The position numbers and the translations under genes were made by a program. From assembly GCF_009914755.1 (NCBI RefSeq), contig NC_060928.1: a stretch of DNA of 64,000 nt; one strand, written 5' to 3'. The notes under the pieces were generated by a model. The model made no database searches, was not told where the DNA came from, and was given only the letters and a program-made list of their open reading frames with translations. Of this stretch, positions 27,836 to 43,730 are shown piece by piece. Source of the stretch: the human T2T-CHM13v2.0 reference genome, Homo sapiens. Positions within the stretch are counted from its first letter, which is position 1; each line of letters opens with the position of its first letter.

Positions 27836-28859
27836 CAACAATTTATGGCCCTTCAGCTAGATTGCTTTTAAGTGAAAGAAGGATAGAAAAAAAAAAAAAA
27901 CCTTATGAAATGAGCTAAGGTATCTCCCTTTCTGAAATAGAAGTGTTCCAACAAAACTGATTCTAAAAGCAATTTCTACACAGCAAATTCAAATTTTCTA
28001 GTGACCCTGAGATAGAGACATGAGCTAAATGCTTTTATGGAACAAGACAGAAAGACCACAGCAGAAGATTGCCATGGAATGCTTACTAGGTGCTTACCTA
28101 GTTGTCCCATTCACAAAAAACTTATCAGAGATGCTGTTGTTATTCCCATGTTTACACGTGAGGAAACTGGGAACAGTGAAGGATAACTTATTTCCTATAG
28201 CCACTCAGCTGGCCCCAGCCAGAAATGAAATGCAGGTAGCCTGATGGTAAAAATATGAATATCAACAATGCTTATTAAAAGTTTACTACAGGGGCAGGGC
28301 CAAGAGAGCCGACTAGAAGAAACAGAGGCTTTCCGAGGCTCCCATCAAAAAAAAAATTAAAAAAAACATAATAAGCAAGTGAATCCTTCACCGGCAACCA
28401 AGGTATCCAGGTTATCTCATCAAAATTGAATAGAAGGCTGGCGTGACCCAGGGAGAGAAGGATGAGTAGTATGGTGCAGCGGTCTACCTCAGAGCCACAC
28501 AAGAAGAGGAACCTCCCCCGAGCCAAGGGAGGCAGTGAGTGAGCACACTACTGTGCATTTTCCATGGAACTGTCCAACCCCACAGATCAGAAGATCCCAC
28601 TTCTGAACCCACACCACTAGGGCCTATCCTCCCAACCCCAGAATGTGCAGATTCTTACAGCCTCTCAGCTGGAATCTGCTTAAGGCTAGGGAACTCCTGG
28701 GGAGGAGGTGGCGGGGCGGGGTGCAACCAGCAAGGGCTGTGGCTGCTTGCTGTCTAAGCCATTTGAGCTCCTTGTGGGAGGGGTAGCAGCCAGCACTGGG
28801 ACTGGCAACTGCCTAACACGCTAAGCTCTCTGGGCTGGGAAAAGGCAGCACCCATTTCT

Positions 28860-31488
<2,629 letters not shown>

Positions 31489-34218
31489 TCAGGGACAGAA
31501 TTCGGACCTCCCTGGGCCTGAGCCCATAGTGGGAGGGGGGCCTCAGTCTCTGCGGACCAGCAAACTTACCCTTTCCTCCAGGTAGTTCTGAGGACAGCCC
31601 AGGCAAGTGGGTCCCCCCGCCAGTGAAACACACCATGTCTACCAAGGGACAAAGTGGTTTGTTATACAGGTCCTGTTCCCCATGCCACCCAACTGGGTGA
31701 GAACCTCCAACAGAGATTGTCAGACATCCTATACAGGAGCAATCCTGCTGGCATCAGGTTGGTGCCCCTAGAGGTCAGAGGTCCCAGAAGAAAGTGGAGG
31801 CATGCATTTTTGGTACTCTCCAGTCTCCTTGAGTGACATCTCCAGGCATGGGAGCGAATCAGATGAACAGGGCCTGAAGTGAACCCCCAGCAAACTGCAG
31901 CAGCCCTACAGAAGAGGTATTCACTATTGAAAGAAAAACAAATAAGCAGAAAGCGACAAAACCAGCATCAACAACAACAACAAAAAGGCCCCCACAGCAG
32001 CCTCAAAGACCAAAACTAGACAAACTCATGAAGATGAGAAAGAATAAATGAAAATATGCTGAAAACCCAAAAGGCCAGAGTGCCTCTTCTCCTCCAAATG
32101 ATCGCAACATCTCTCCATCAAGGGCACAGAACTGGACGGAGAATCAGATGGACAAATTGACAGAAGTAGGCTTCAGAAGACAGGTAATGAAAAACTATGC
32201 TGAGCTAAAGGAGCATGTTCTAACCCAATGCAAAGAAGCTAAGAACCTTGATAAAAGGTTAAGGAATTGCTCACTAGAATAACCAGTTTAGAGAGGAACA
32301 CAAATGACCTGATGGAGCTGAAAAACACAGCATGAGAATTTTGTGAGGCATACACAAGTATCAACAGCCAAATCGACCAAGTGGAAGAAAGGATATCAGA
32401 GTTTGAAGACCACCTTACTGAAATAAGACATGCAGATAAAAATAGAGAAAAGAGATTAAAAAGGAATGAACTAAGCCTCCAAGAAATATGAGACTTCATA
32501 AAAAGAACCTATGATTGACTGGAGTACCAGAAGCAGATGGGAGGAGAATGGAAACAAGCTGGAAAACACACTTCACGATATTATCCAGGAGAACTTCCCC
32601 AACCTAGGAAGACAGGCCAACATGCAAATTCCAGAAATATGGAGAAAAAAATTAAGATACTCCATGAGAAGATCATCCCCAAGATACATAATCATCAGAT
32701 TCTCCAAGGTCAAAATGAAGGAAAAACTATTAAGGGCAGCCAGAGAGAAAGGCCAGGTCACCTAAAAAGGGAAGCCCATCAGACTAACAGCAGACCTCTC
32801 AGCAGAAACTCTACAAGCCAGAAAAGATTGGGGGCCAATATTCAACATTTTTAAAGCAAAGAATTTTCAACCCAGAATTTCATATCCAGCCAAACTAAGC
32901 TTCATAAGCAAAGGAGAAATAAAATCCTTTCCAGACAAGCAAATGCTGAAGGATTTTGTTACCACCAGGCCTGCCTGGCAAGAGCTCCTGAAAGAAGAAC
33001 TAAATATGGAAAGGAAAAACTGGTACCAGCCACTGCAAAAACACAAAATATAAAGGTCAATGATACCACAAAGAAACTGCATCAACTAGTGTACAAAATA
33101 AACAAACAGCATCACGATGACAGGATCAAATTCAAGCATAACAATACTAACCTTAAGTGTAAATGGGCTAAATGCCCCAGTTAAAAGACATAGACTGGCA
33201 AATTGGATAAGGAGTCAAGACCCATTGGTATACTGTATTCAGGAGACACATGTTACGTGCAAAGACACACACAGGCTCAACATAAAGGGATGTAACAAAA
33301 TTTACCAAACAAATGGAAAGAAAAAAAAAAGCAGGGGTTGCAATCCTGGTCTCTGACAAAACAGACTTTAAACCAACAAAGATCAAAAAAGACAAAGAAG
33401 GGCATTACGTAATGCTAAAGAGAATAATTCAACAAGAACAGTTAACTATTCTAAATATATATGCACCAATACAGGAGCACCCAGATTCATAAAACAAGTT
33501 ATTTGAGACCTACAAAGAGACTTAGACTTTCACACAGTAATAGCGGGAGACTTTAACACCTCACTGTCAATATTAGACAGATCAACGAGACAGATAATTA
33601 ACAAGGATATTCAGGACATGAACTCAGCTCTGGATCAAGTGGACCTAGTAGATGCCTACAGAAGTCTGTACCCCAAATCAACAGAATATACATTCTTCTC
33701 AGTGCCGCATGGCACTTTTTCTAAAATTGACCACATAATTGGAAGTAAAACACTCCTCAGGAAACACAAAAGAACTGAAATAATAACAAACAGTTTCTCA
33801 GACCACAGAGCAATCAAATTAAAACTCAGGATTAAGAAACTCACTCAAAACTGTAAAACTACATGGAAATTGAACAACTTGCTCCTAAATGACTCCTGGG
33901 TAAGTAATGAAATTAAGGCACAAATCAAGAAGTTCTTTGAAACCAATGAGAACAAAGAGACAACGTACCAAAATATCTGGGACACAGCTAAATCAGTGTT
34001 AAAAGGAAAATGTGTAGAACTAAGTGTTCTCATCAGAAAGCTAGAAGATCTCAAATCAACACCATAACAGCACAATTAAAAGAGCTAGAGGGGTAAAAGC
34101 AAACTAATCCAAAAGCTAGCAGAAGACAAGAAATAACTAAGATCAGAGCAGAATTGAAGGAGACAGAGATATGAAACACCCTCCAAAAAATCAACGAACT
34201 CAGGAGTTGGTTTTTTGA

Positions 34219-34455
<237 letters not shown>

Positions 34456-35794
34456 TGGGGAAAATTCCTAGTCAGGAAAGTGGTAAAAAAGTAAAATAAA
34501 ACATAGAAATAAATTTGGGGAAAGCATCTGTCCTATCCCATACCCAATCCCTTGCTATTACATTCAATATTCACTTACCAGACCCTCAGGTTCCCAGTGT
34601 CACCTTCATGGTTTCAAGTTTCCTTCTAGAAAACTAGGGGCCTCAACATGAAGTATAGCAACTGAACCAGAACAAGGTAATTATATCCACCAATTTAGTG
34701 AAGGCTGTCTCTGTGCCACACACTGCATTCAAACGTTTACTAAATTATTTTCTCATTTATTCTCACAACAACCCAATGAGGGCTGTGTAATTATCAGCCC
34801 CACTGAACATATAGGAAAGCTGATCTCAAACATGTGAAATAGGATAGCTAAAGCTTCGAACCTCAAGAGTTAACGTGAGAGCCAGGATGGCTAACCACTC
34901 TATCGTGATGTCTCCGTAGGGCTAGTTTCCGCTTGGTCAAGGGTCTGCAGGTTGAGGAAGGGTGAAAGCAAGTATGGGGAAAGAAGGTTTTATTAACAGA
35001 CTGAGAGTCTTAGAATAGAAAACCAAAACTTCTAGAGTGGAGAGTAATAGAAATAGAGTGTATTCCACCTGCAAAAAGAAAGATAAGATAGGAAGTTACT
35101 GCTCTAATAAGAAAGAGAGAAAGGTTGAAGCAGATGGAGTTAGGGAGGAAGGAATCCAAGAAGGTCCCCAGGAGAGGAAGCAATGGTATTTTCTTTAGAG
35201 GTCAGATGAGTAGAAACAGCTGACAGTTAAGCCTCTGTGGGTGGCTTCCCCATCATTAGGACTTTTGGAGCATTTGCTAACTGCTCAGCTCCCTCACACA
35301 TGTTGCTGCATGAGACGTTTACACCCACCTGTGGCCTGTGCAGGTATTATTGTCTGGTGTTTATGTGCTTGTGTGTGAGTTTCTGTTTATGTCCGTGTGT
35401 ATGTATGTGTCTGTGTGTTTGTCTGTGTGTATTTTGCAATGAAGAAACACAGGTTCTTAGAGAAGTTTAAAAAGTGTACAAGATTGGATGAAACATAAAT
35501 TAATTGCAAGAAAAAAGAAAGACATCAAATCTGGTAAGGTGCTGTCCTGAATAGTGTAATCTGAACGTTTGTATTTCAACACCTAAACCTGATAATTCTT
35601 ATCTGACAATTTGGGGAGACAGAGTCCATCAGTAGCTACTCACATCTCAGATTAATCAGCTATCTTGAGCCAGATCCTGTTGGACATGGGTGCTGAACGG
35701 CTGCAGTTTCCTGGGGCTGGGTCCTCTTGACAGCCTGGGTGTCAGAGCAGGAACCAAAAGGGGTAAAACAGCACCAGGGGTAAACCAGGAAGGC

Positions 35795-36040
35795 AGTGTG
35801 GTATGATGGCCAGAGAAGAGTGTTAGCTTCAAGGACAGAGAGATCTGGGTCCAGATCCTGACTCCTCTAGGAACTGGCTGTGTGGCCCAGGCAGGTTGCT
35901 TAATGTTCAGCATCTCAGCATCCTCAACTGTGATGTGGCTCATGACACCTTCCTCATGGGATTAGTGTGAGGACCATCAGTCCCATGTGTGAATGCTCAG
36001 GCACATAAAAGGTGCTCACAGTGCTGCTCACCATCGTAGC
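35795..36040 (+). mobile_element. MIR
   Basis: gatctgggtccagatcctgactc...gctgtgtggcccaggcaggttgcttaa. Confidence 0.8.
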
Positions 36041-36124
36041 ATAGGTCTTATCGTTGTCCACTTTATCAGCTTTGCCATGAAATTGGAAGGGCCAGAATTC
36101 CTGAAAACAATGATGGCACGTCAT

Positions 36125-36627
36125 CTGTGTGCTTGTGTCTGTGTGTTTTATTGTGTGTGTGTGTGTCTGTTTTTGTGTGCTTGCCTATGTATATCTGAGT
36201 GTGTGTTTATCTGAGGGCATGTCTTTGCCTGCATGTGAGTTTGTGTATGTCTGTGTGTGTGTCTGTGTGTGTTCGTATGTGTGTGTTTGTGTGTGTCTGT
36301 GTTTGTGTTTGCCTATGTATATCTGTGTGTGTTTTTCTGAGTGTGTGTCTGTGCCTATGTGTGTTTGTGTATGTCTCTATGTGTTTGTGTACATGTATGC
36401 TTGTATGTGAGTGTGTATATGTCTCTGTTGTGTTTGTATGTTTGTATATTTGTGTATGAGTTTGTGTGTGTCTGTTTGTGTATGTGTCTGTGTGTTTCTG
36501 TGTATCTGTGTCTGAGTTTGAGTATGTCTCTGTGTATGTCTGTGTGTATGTTTGTCTGTGTGTATTTGTGTCTACACCTGTATGTCTGTGTATGTGTTTG
36601 CGTATGTATCACTGTGTGTATGTGTGC
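36125..36627. repeat. ~500-bp degenerate (TG)n tract
   Basis: Seen directly; source of the spurious Cys/Val-rich ORFs. Confidence 0.95.
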
Positions 36628-36651
36628 ACAGTGCCACTCAATAAAGAACAT

Positions 36652-37032
36652 TGTTGTGGTTTGGATATGTTCCCCAGATTTCACGTGTTGGAAACTTAAT
36701 CCACAATGCAACAGTGTCAAGAGGTAGGGCCTTCACCCAGTGATAAGGTCATAGGACCTCTGCTCTCATGGCTGAATTCATGTTTTTATTATAGAAGTAG
36801 GTTAGTTATCAACACTGGGTTCCTGATGAGAAGATTCCTTTTCCTCTGTCATGTGCACTTTCTCACCCTATGCCTCCTGCTGTGGGATGATGCTGCAAGA
36901 AGGACCTCACCAGATGCAGGCCCCTTGACCTTGGACTTTCCAGCCTCTAGAATCATGAGAAATACATTTCTTTTTGTTATAAATTACTCAGACTGTGGTA
37001 TTAGGTTATAGCAACACAGAATGAGCTAAAAT
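36652..37032 (+). mobile_element. MSTC/MSTD solo LTR
   Basis: tgttgtggtttggatatg...gtgttggaaacttaatcc...ttatagcaacacagaatgagctaaaata. Confidence 0.85.
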
Positions 37033-38089
37033 AACCATCTCCCTCTGTTATCTGACTATCTTGCAAGGCCCAGTTTGAAAGTGTGTGAGGATTCAAGATA
37101 GAGATTATTACTGCAGTTTTTGGAAACAGAACAAAGGCTGACCTCAGGCAGAGGGGGTGGTCCAAGGGCTCTCAGATAGGAAGTGTCAGAGCTAAAACCG
37201 CAAACTCCTTCCAGCTTCTCATTCCAAGATCTTTTCTGAGGCCAGAACCTGAGAAGGTGGTGAGGTTTTGCTTCCAAAGAGGCAGCACTGGAAGTGGAGA
37301 GACAGAAGATGGTGGTAAAGACATCATTGGAAAAATGTTACAGTTACCAACTCAGCCAAGAGCCACCTGTCTCTGCTGAAGTGAATTCTTTTTTGCTTAA
37401 GTGCTTAAGGGGATTTGAATGTTAGCCCAGCTCCATCAGTGAATAGAGCTAATTTGTGCCTAAAAAACAAATGATGCTGCCTCCTTCACAGGAGCACAAG
37501 GGACCCCAATACTGCCTCCTCCCCTTCTCTGGGAAAGCAAGACTCAGCCTCGGTGTTCCAACCTGGAAAATGGGAGAAGGAAGGTAAAGAGGTGGAAATA
37601 AATGAGAAAATTTAACATATGTTTAATCACATATTTGCTAAAATGCCACGCACTACTCTGGTGTCCAAGAATATAGCAGAAAACAGACAGTTTACACTCC
37701 GATGGGAAATGTGTGTACCCTGTCTATACTGTAAGCACCTTATAAATGCTCCACAAATTTTACCTACGGGAAGAAAGAGCCATGGAATCAACTAGGGCAC
37801 AATTATTTGTTTTCTCACATTGTATCTCCTCCCCCTGTTTGAGTCACTATTTCTGCCTCCCACTAAGTAAAGCTAGAATCACTTTTGATTTATATTTACA
37901 GAACAGGGGTAGCATAAAGAAATGACAGAGACCAGCCAATATGCTCAGCATATAAATATATCTTTTCAACTTTGTATTTGAGTTTAAAACCCCACAATCC
38001 TCTGTTCCCTGCCCTCAACACACATACTAATAACTAATTCCCCCAAAAGGAAATGTCATCTGCTAACTAGACAGGAGACTTCCCTGTAG

Positions 38090-38326
38090 TAGGGGCAGCC
38101 AACTCTTTCTGTAAAAGGCCAAACAGTAAATATTCTAGGTTTTGCCAGCAATGGGATAAAATCAAAGATATTATGTAGGTACACTTATCACAAGTGAGAA
38201 AAAGTTTTTCACAAGTTGTTTGTGGATGAAATTCAAAACAATAATAATTGAGCATGTTTTTATATCAATGTATGAGAAAAATGTAATTCTTTTTTGAGGG
38301 ATAACATTTTGTTTAATTGGGGATTA
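38090..38326 (+). mobile_element. hAT-Charlie DNA transposon 5' fragment (Cheshire/MER58 family)
   Basis: aggggcagccaactctttctgtaaaaggccaaacagtaaatattctagg is the MER58-type terminus. Confidence 0.7.
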
Positions 38327-38339
38327 AGCACTAAAGTTG

Positions 38340-38951
38340 ACCCCAATGCCTGTACCCCCATCGTATCTTGAAAGGAACTAACTTGTTTTTGATTTTACAG
38401 GCTCATAAATGGAAGGGACTTGCCTTGTCTCAGATGAGACCTTGGACTTGGACTTTTGAGTTAATGCTGAAATGAGTTAAGACTTTGGAGGACAATTGGG
38501 AATGCATGATTGTGTTTTGAAATGTGAAAAGACATGATATTTGGAAGGGGCCAGGGGCAGAATGATATGGATTGGCTCTGTGTCCCCAACCAAATCTCAT
38601 CTCCAATTATAATCTCCATGTGTTGAGGGAAGGACCTGTAATCCCCAGGTGTCTAGAAAGGGAGGTGATTAGATCATGGGGGCAGTTTCCCCCATGCTGT
38701 TCTCATAATAGTGAGTGACTTCTCACGAGATCTGATGGTTTTATGTGTTTGAAAGTTCCTTGTTTGTGCTTCTCTCTCCTGTTCTGCCATGGTAAGACAT
38801 GCTTGCTTCCCCCTTTACCTTCTGCCACAATTGTAAGTTTCCTGAGGCTTCCCCAGCCATGTGGAACTTTGAGTCAGTTAAATCTCTTTCCTTTATAAAT
38901 TACCCAGTCTCAGGTAGTATCTGTATAGCTGTGTGAAAATGGACTAATACA
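38340..38951 (+). mobile_element. MSTA/B internal 3' end plus LTR (38563-38951)
   Basis: Polypurine tract ggggccaggggcagaa then tgatatgg...ggactaataca. Confidence 0.88.
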
Positions 38952-39024
38952 AGGCCAAACTTAAAATATATAAGGAGGCAACTTTAGGCTAAACTTAATT
39001 TAATAGTGTGATCCATTAGCTAAT

Positions 39025-39755
39025 CCTATGAACTTAATATTTGTGTACCCCCAAAATTCATATGTGGGAACCATAACCCCCAGTGTGATAGGATTAGGAG
39101 GTGGGCCTTTCAGAAGTGATTAGATCATGAGGGTGGAGACTTTATGTATTAGTCAGTTCTCACACTGCTAATAAAGGCATACCCGAGACTGGGTAATTTA
39201 TAAAGAAAAAGAAGTTTAATGAACTCACAGTCCCACGTGGGTGAGGAGGTCTCACAATCATAGTAGAAGGCAAAGGAGGAGAAAGGCATGTCTTACACGG
39301 TGGCAGGTAAGACAGCATGTGCAGGGGAACTCCCCTTTATAAAACCATCAGATCTCGTGAGACTTCTTCACTATCACGAGAACAGCATGGAAAAATCCCT
39401 TCCTCATGATTCAATTACCTCCCACCAGGTCCCTCCCATGACACATGGGGATTATTACAATTCAAGGTGAGATTTGGGTGGGGACACAGCCAAACCATAT
39501 ATCACCTTGTGAATGGGATGAGTGCCATTAAGAGAAGAGACACCAGAGAGCTTGCTGTCCCTCTCTCTTCTCCCTGCCATCTGAGAATAAGAGAAGATGG
39601 CCATCTGTAAGCCAGAAAGTAGGACTTTACCAGAACCTGACCATGCTGGTACCATAATATTGGGCTTCTCAGCCTCCAGAGCTGTGTGAAACAAATATCT
39701 GTGTTTAAGCTACTCAGCTTATGGTATTCTGTTATAGCAGCTCAAAATAAAACAG
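39025..39755 (+). mobile_element. MLT1A-type LTR split by THE1
   Basis: cccccaaaattcatatgt...gattagatcatgagggtggag resumes as gtgaatggga...cagcctccagagctgtg. Confidence 0.85.
39145..39504 (-). mobile_element. THE1C-like solo LTR
   Basis: tgtattagtc...ctgctaataaag...gacacagccaaaccatatatca. Confidence 0.9.
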
Positions 39756-39756
39756 C

Positions 39757-39860
39757 AAAGAATGCTCTTCATATGTTTAAATGGTTGAAAAAAATCAAAA
39801 AAAGAATACATTTTTGAAGATGAAATATATAAAATGTCAGCACAAATAAGCATTCACAGA
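39757..39860 (+). mobile_element. MER58B-like fragment
   Basis: aagaatg...tttaaatggttgaaaaaaatcaaaa. Confidence 0.5.
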
Positions 39861-39884
39861 TGAACATTTCAAATCAATTTTGAT

Positions 39885-40020
39885 GGGAGGGAGTAAGGGA
39901 GGGAGAGAAGGAAGGAAGGGAGGGAGGGAGGGAGAGAGGGAGAGAGGGAGGGGAGAAGGGAGGGAGGAGAGAAGAGAGGATGTAGGAGAAGGGAAGAGGG
40001 AGAAGGGGGAAAGAGGAAAG
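39885..40020 (+). repeat. (GGGA)n/GA-rich purine tract
   Basis: Seen directly. Confidence 0.9.
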
Positions 40021-40029
40021 TCAGGCTTT

Positions 40030-40210
40030 TAAGGACCTTCCATGTGCCAGGCCCTATGCTAATGTTTTACACATACTATTTTATTTAATCCTAATAATCC
40101 CATAAAATAAGTGTTATCCCCATTGTACCGATGAGGAGAGCACAGCTCCAAGAGGTTACAAGGTAGGTCCCACATCAGAGCCAGGGAGTGGCAGAGACCA
40201 GCTTCCCACT
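40030..40210 (-). mobile_element. MIR
   Basis: catgtgccaggccctatgcta...tttaatcct...tatccccattgtaccgatgagga. Confidence 0.75.
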
Positions 40211-40479
40211 GAGGAAAGTTTAATTCTGAAGCCCATGTTCTTCCCCCTCTGTCTGCTTCCTCAACCTGTCAAATCCACAGCTCTGAGTGTGAGTCCTTGT
40301 CAACATCATATTTTTGTTTGCTTGTTTGTTTGTTTTGGAGATCTTCATAGATAACCCCATTTCTGTGGAAGTCACACCTGAGCTCATCCAATATTTTTCT
40401 GGAAAACCAGGGAAAGAGAACATTTTAAAATTCAGGCAGTGACCTGGCACTGGAAAGTGTTTGAAAAGAAAGAGCTCTT

Positions 40480-41310
40480 TGTCACCAGGGTTGCACCATG
40501 GACGTAATCTCATTTTCAGCTAATCAATTCATATACAGTAAAAAGCCTAATGTGATTCCTCATTAGCCAAGGGCTATAAAGAAGCTGGTTCCGAGGCTGC
40601 ATTAAATCCCAAAATGGCTGGCACCTTCCGCTCAGCGATTATCAAATTGGCTGGCATTAATCATTTTTAATGGCCAATCTGTGTTGTTTTTTTTTTATTT
40701 TAAAAAGAAAAAAAAAAAAAGGTGGGCATGTGGGGGAGGAAAGAGAGCCTCATCTGATTACTGGTGTAAAAGAAAACAAGCAGGTTTAGTAAAATCTCAT
40801 TTAAAAAAAAAAGTGAGAGTTAAGAGAAAGGCAAAAATTTTAAAAAGCCTGAATCACTTTTGTCAGGTATTTAGCTGTGACCAGCAAAACAGACCATCAA
40901 GAGGGGGCCTTTCAGCAGAGGTCTGCAGTTGGGGGACCATCAATGGCCCCTTTATTTGTGAAAGATGGATTATTTTAAATAAATTACAGAGCACTTTCGC
41001 TGAATAAACAGCGCCTCGGTGGCTGTGGGGCGCTGCACACGCTTAATTGCACCACAGAAAATCCTAAATGACTCTTGAGCTGGGGGCTGGCCTTTGATTT
41101 CGCTGATAGGACCTGAGTCTTCAGGCCGGCCTGGACAGTTTCTGGCTGAAAGGCAATGCATGGAGAGGAAAACAGCGAGCTTAATCGGGAATATATACTT
41201 TCAATATTTCGGAAAACCGCAGTGATGGAGGATTCCCAAAACTGCACAAGGCTGCCTCAGAAGTGAGCCATCTGCGTGTCATTTTTATTTGCGTTTGATA
41301 TGTTAAATGC
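40480..41310. promoter_or_regulatory. Candidate conserved non-coding enhancer
   Basis: No recognisable repeat, more CpG than the flanks, dense TAAT/ATTA, CATCTG E-boxes (40751, 41269), TCF/LEF CCTTTGAT (41091); conservation is inferred, not tested. Confidence 0.45.
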
Positions 41311-42203
41311 CCTCAATGTTTATGGCGTGGAGGCCCACTCAAACACTGCAAAGATTCCTCAGCCAAAGCAAGAGGATATTCCTTCCCCTCCCTTCCCTGC
41401 ACACTCATTTCTCCCAATACACACACACGTGCACATCTCCCCCCCCTAGAAATCCTCTCACTGTCCTTTTTCTGGACATAAAGTCTACCATGAGAATTGC
41501 ACCTAAATCGAGATTTTTAGATGCCTTTTTAAAAGTTACAGCACAATCTGACCTTGTTTTAGAAACACGTTAAAGTGATTTATTATGTGCTGACCAGGAG
41601 TGACTACAGGCGGGAGTCAAGCTAAGGCTGGAAGCAGGAAAGGGCATTTGAAACCTTCCCGAGGAGACCAGGATCAGGCAAGGATCCTGGATGTGAGAGA
41701 GGATGAAGAGTTCTAAGCATGAGCAAATGACATCAGGAGAACAGGTACCACTATGTTTTGAGGGAGGCAAGGGGTATTAATTTTGACAGCCATTATTACA
41801 GAAAGTAACATGACTTGCAGCTTGCTAATATTCCCAAAATTGAATTGCAACAAGCAAGCAGCTACCAGTTGCCTTGATAAAGAGCCATAAAAAATAAATA
41901 AAAAAGATGGATACAGTCAAGCCTCACAAAAATCATAGAATCTGGGTTTTCTCGGGAGAGTTTCAACACATACTACTTTAATAAGGAGCTTACCACCCTC
42001 CCCCAAAGGTAGCTGTGAAATTCTTCCCCAAAGGTGACACAATTAATTGCATTTGCAGTTAACACAATTAAACTGTAGCTGAAAGACTGGCCGGCACCTA
42101 ATAAATCTCAAATGTTCAGAGGGATAATCAGGTGGATCAGTCATCAGGTTGCACCACCTGAGAAAGTATACAAAAGCCCAGGATCGTGGGAAATGATGAG
42201 TAA

Positions 42204-42592
<389 letters not shown>

Positions 42593-42894
42593 TAATTTTA
42601 TACAGAATTGTAAAGACGGCTTTAAGGATGTTCATTTTGAACTTGTAGTTAGCTAATGCCCCCAGAGGCTGGCCTACTAGCTCCTCACAGTACATCAGCC
42701 ATGAGTGCCTAATCTTTCTACCATAAATCAGTGGGACTGAGTTAGTTAATAATGATGCTTATACTCAAAGAACTCGAGGTGGACAAGTAAGACACATGCA
42801 TAAGAAAATTTAACCTCTCCAAAAGGGTGCCAGTCGGGAACTGTAAAATCCATAAAGTGGGTACAATCTTGGACAAGTTACTTAAATTTTCTGA

Positions 42895-43249
<355 letters not shown>

Positions 43250-43730
43250 CAAAATGTTGTTTTTAAGATTAAGAAAAAAACATGGTAAAATCTCCAATGG
43301 TATACGCCCAATAAATATCTAGATTTAAAAAAAAAAATTGCTGTAGAGTAAAGGAAGTATTTTTGAGACACAAGTCTTATTCAAGAGTTCTAGGGTGCTA
43401 GAGGAGCAGTTAGCTTCCAAATCATGGAATTTGTTCTATGAGAAAAGGGGAGCTACAGGTGGATTTTGTGTTTAGCAGCGAGTGGCCTTAGCAAAGCTGG
43501 TACTATCTCTGGAATCTGCTGTGCACAGAAAAAGAAAGCAGAATGGGAAGTGGAAGCAGAGATATGGATATTTTGTTTTTATTATAATTGTCTAGACATG
43601 AAGACAAGGAACTGGATGGAGAATTTTCAGTCTGATTTAAAATCAAAGAGCCGGAGGCAACAGGAGACAAAGGATAGGAGAAAGTCAAATCTGAACCTGG
43701 AGTTTGAAGGCTGGGAGCTGGAAGAATGTA

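Noticed and set aside
36129-36727. Cys/Val- and His/Thr-rich ORFs (also 11901-12145 and 54460-54705)
   Set aside because: They are translations of dinucleotide repeats.
40893-40910. CTCF-like motif (also ~651-667)
   Set aside because: Too many mismatches to the core consensus.
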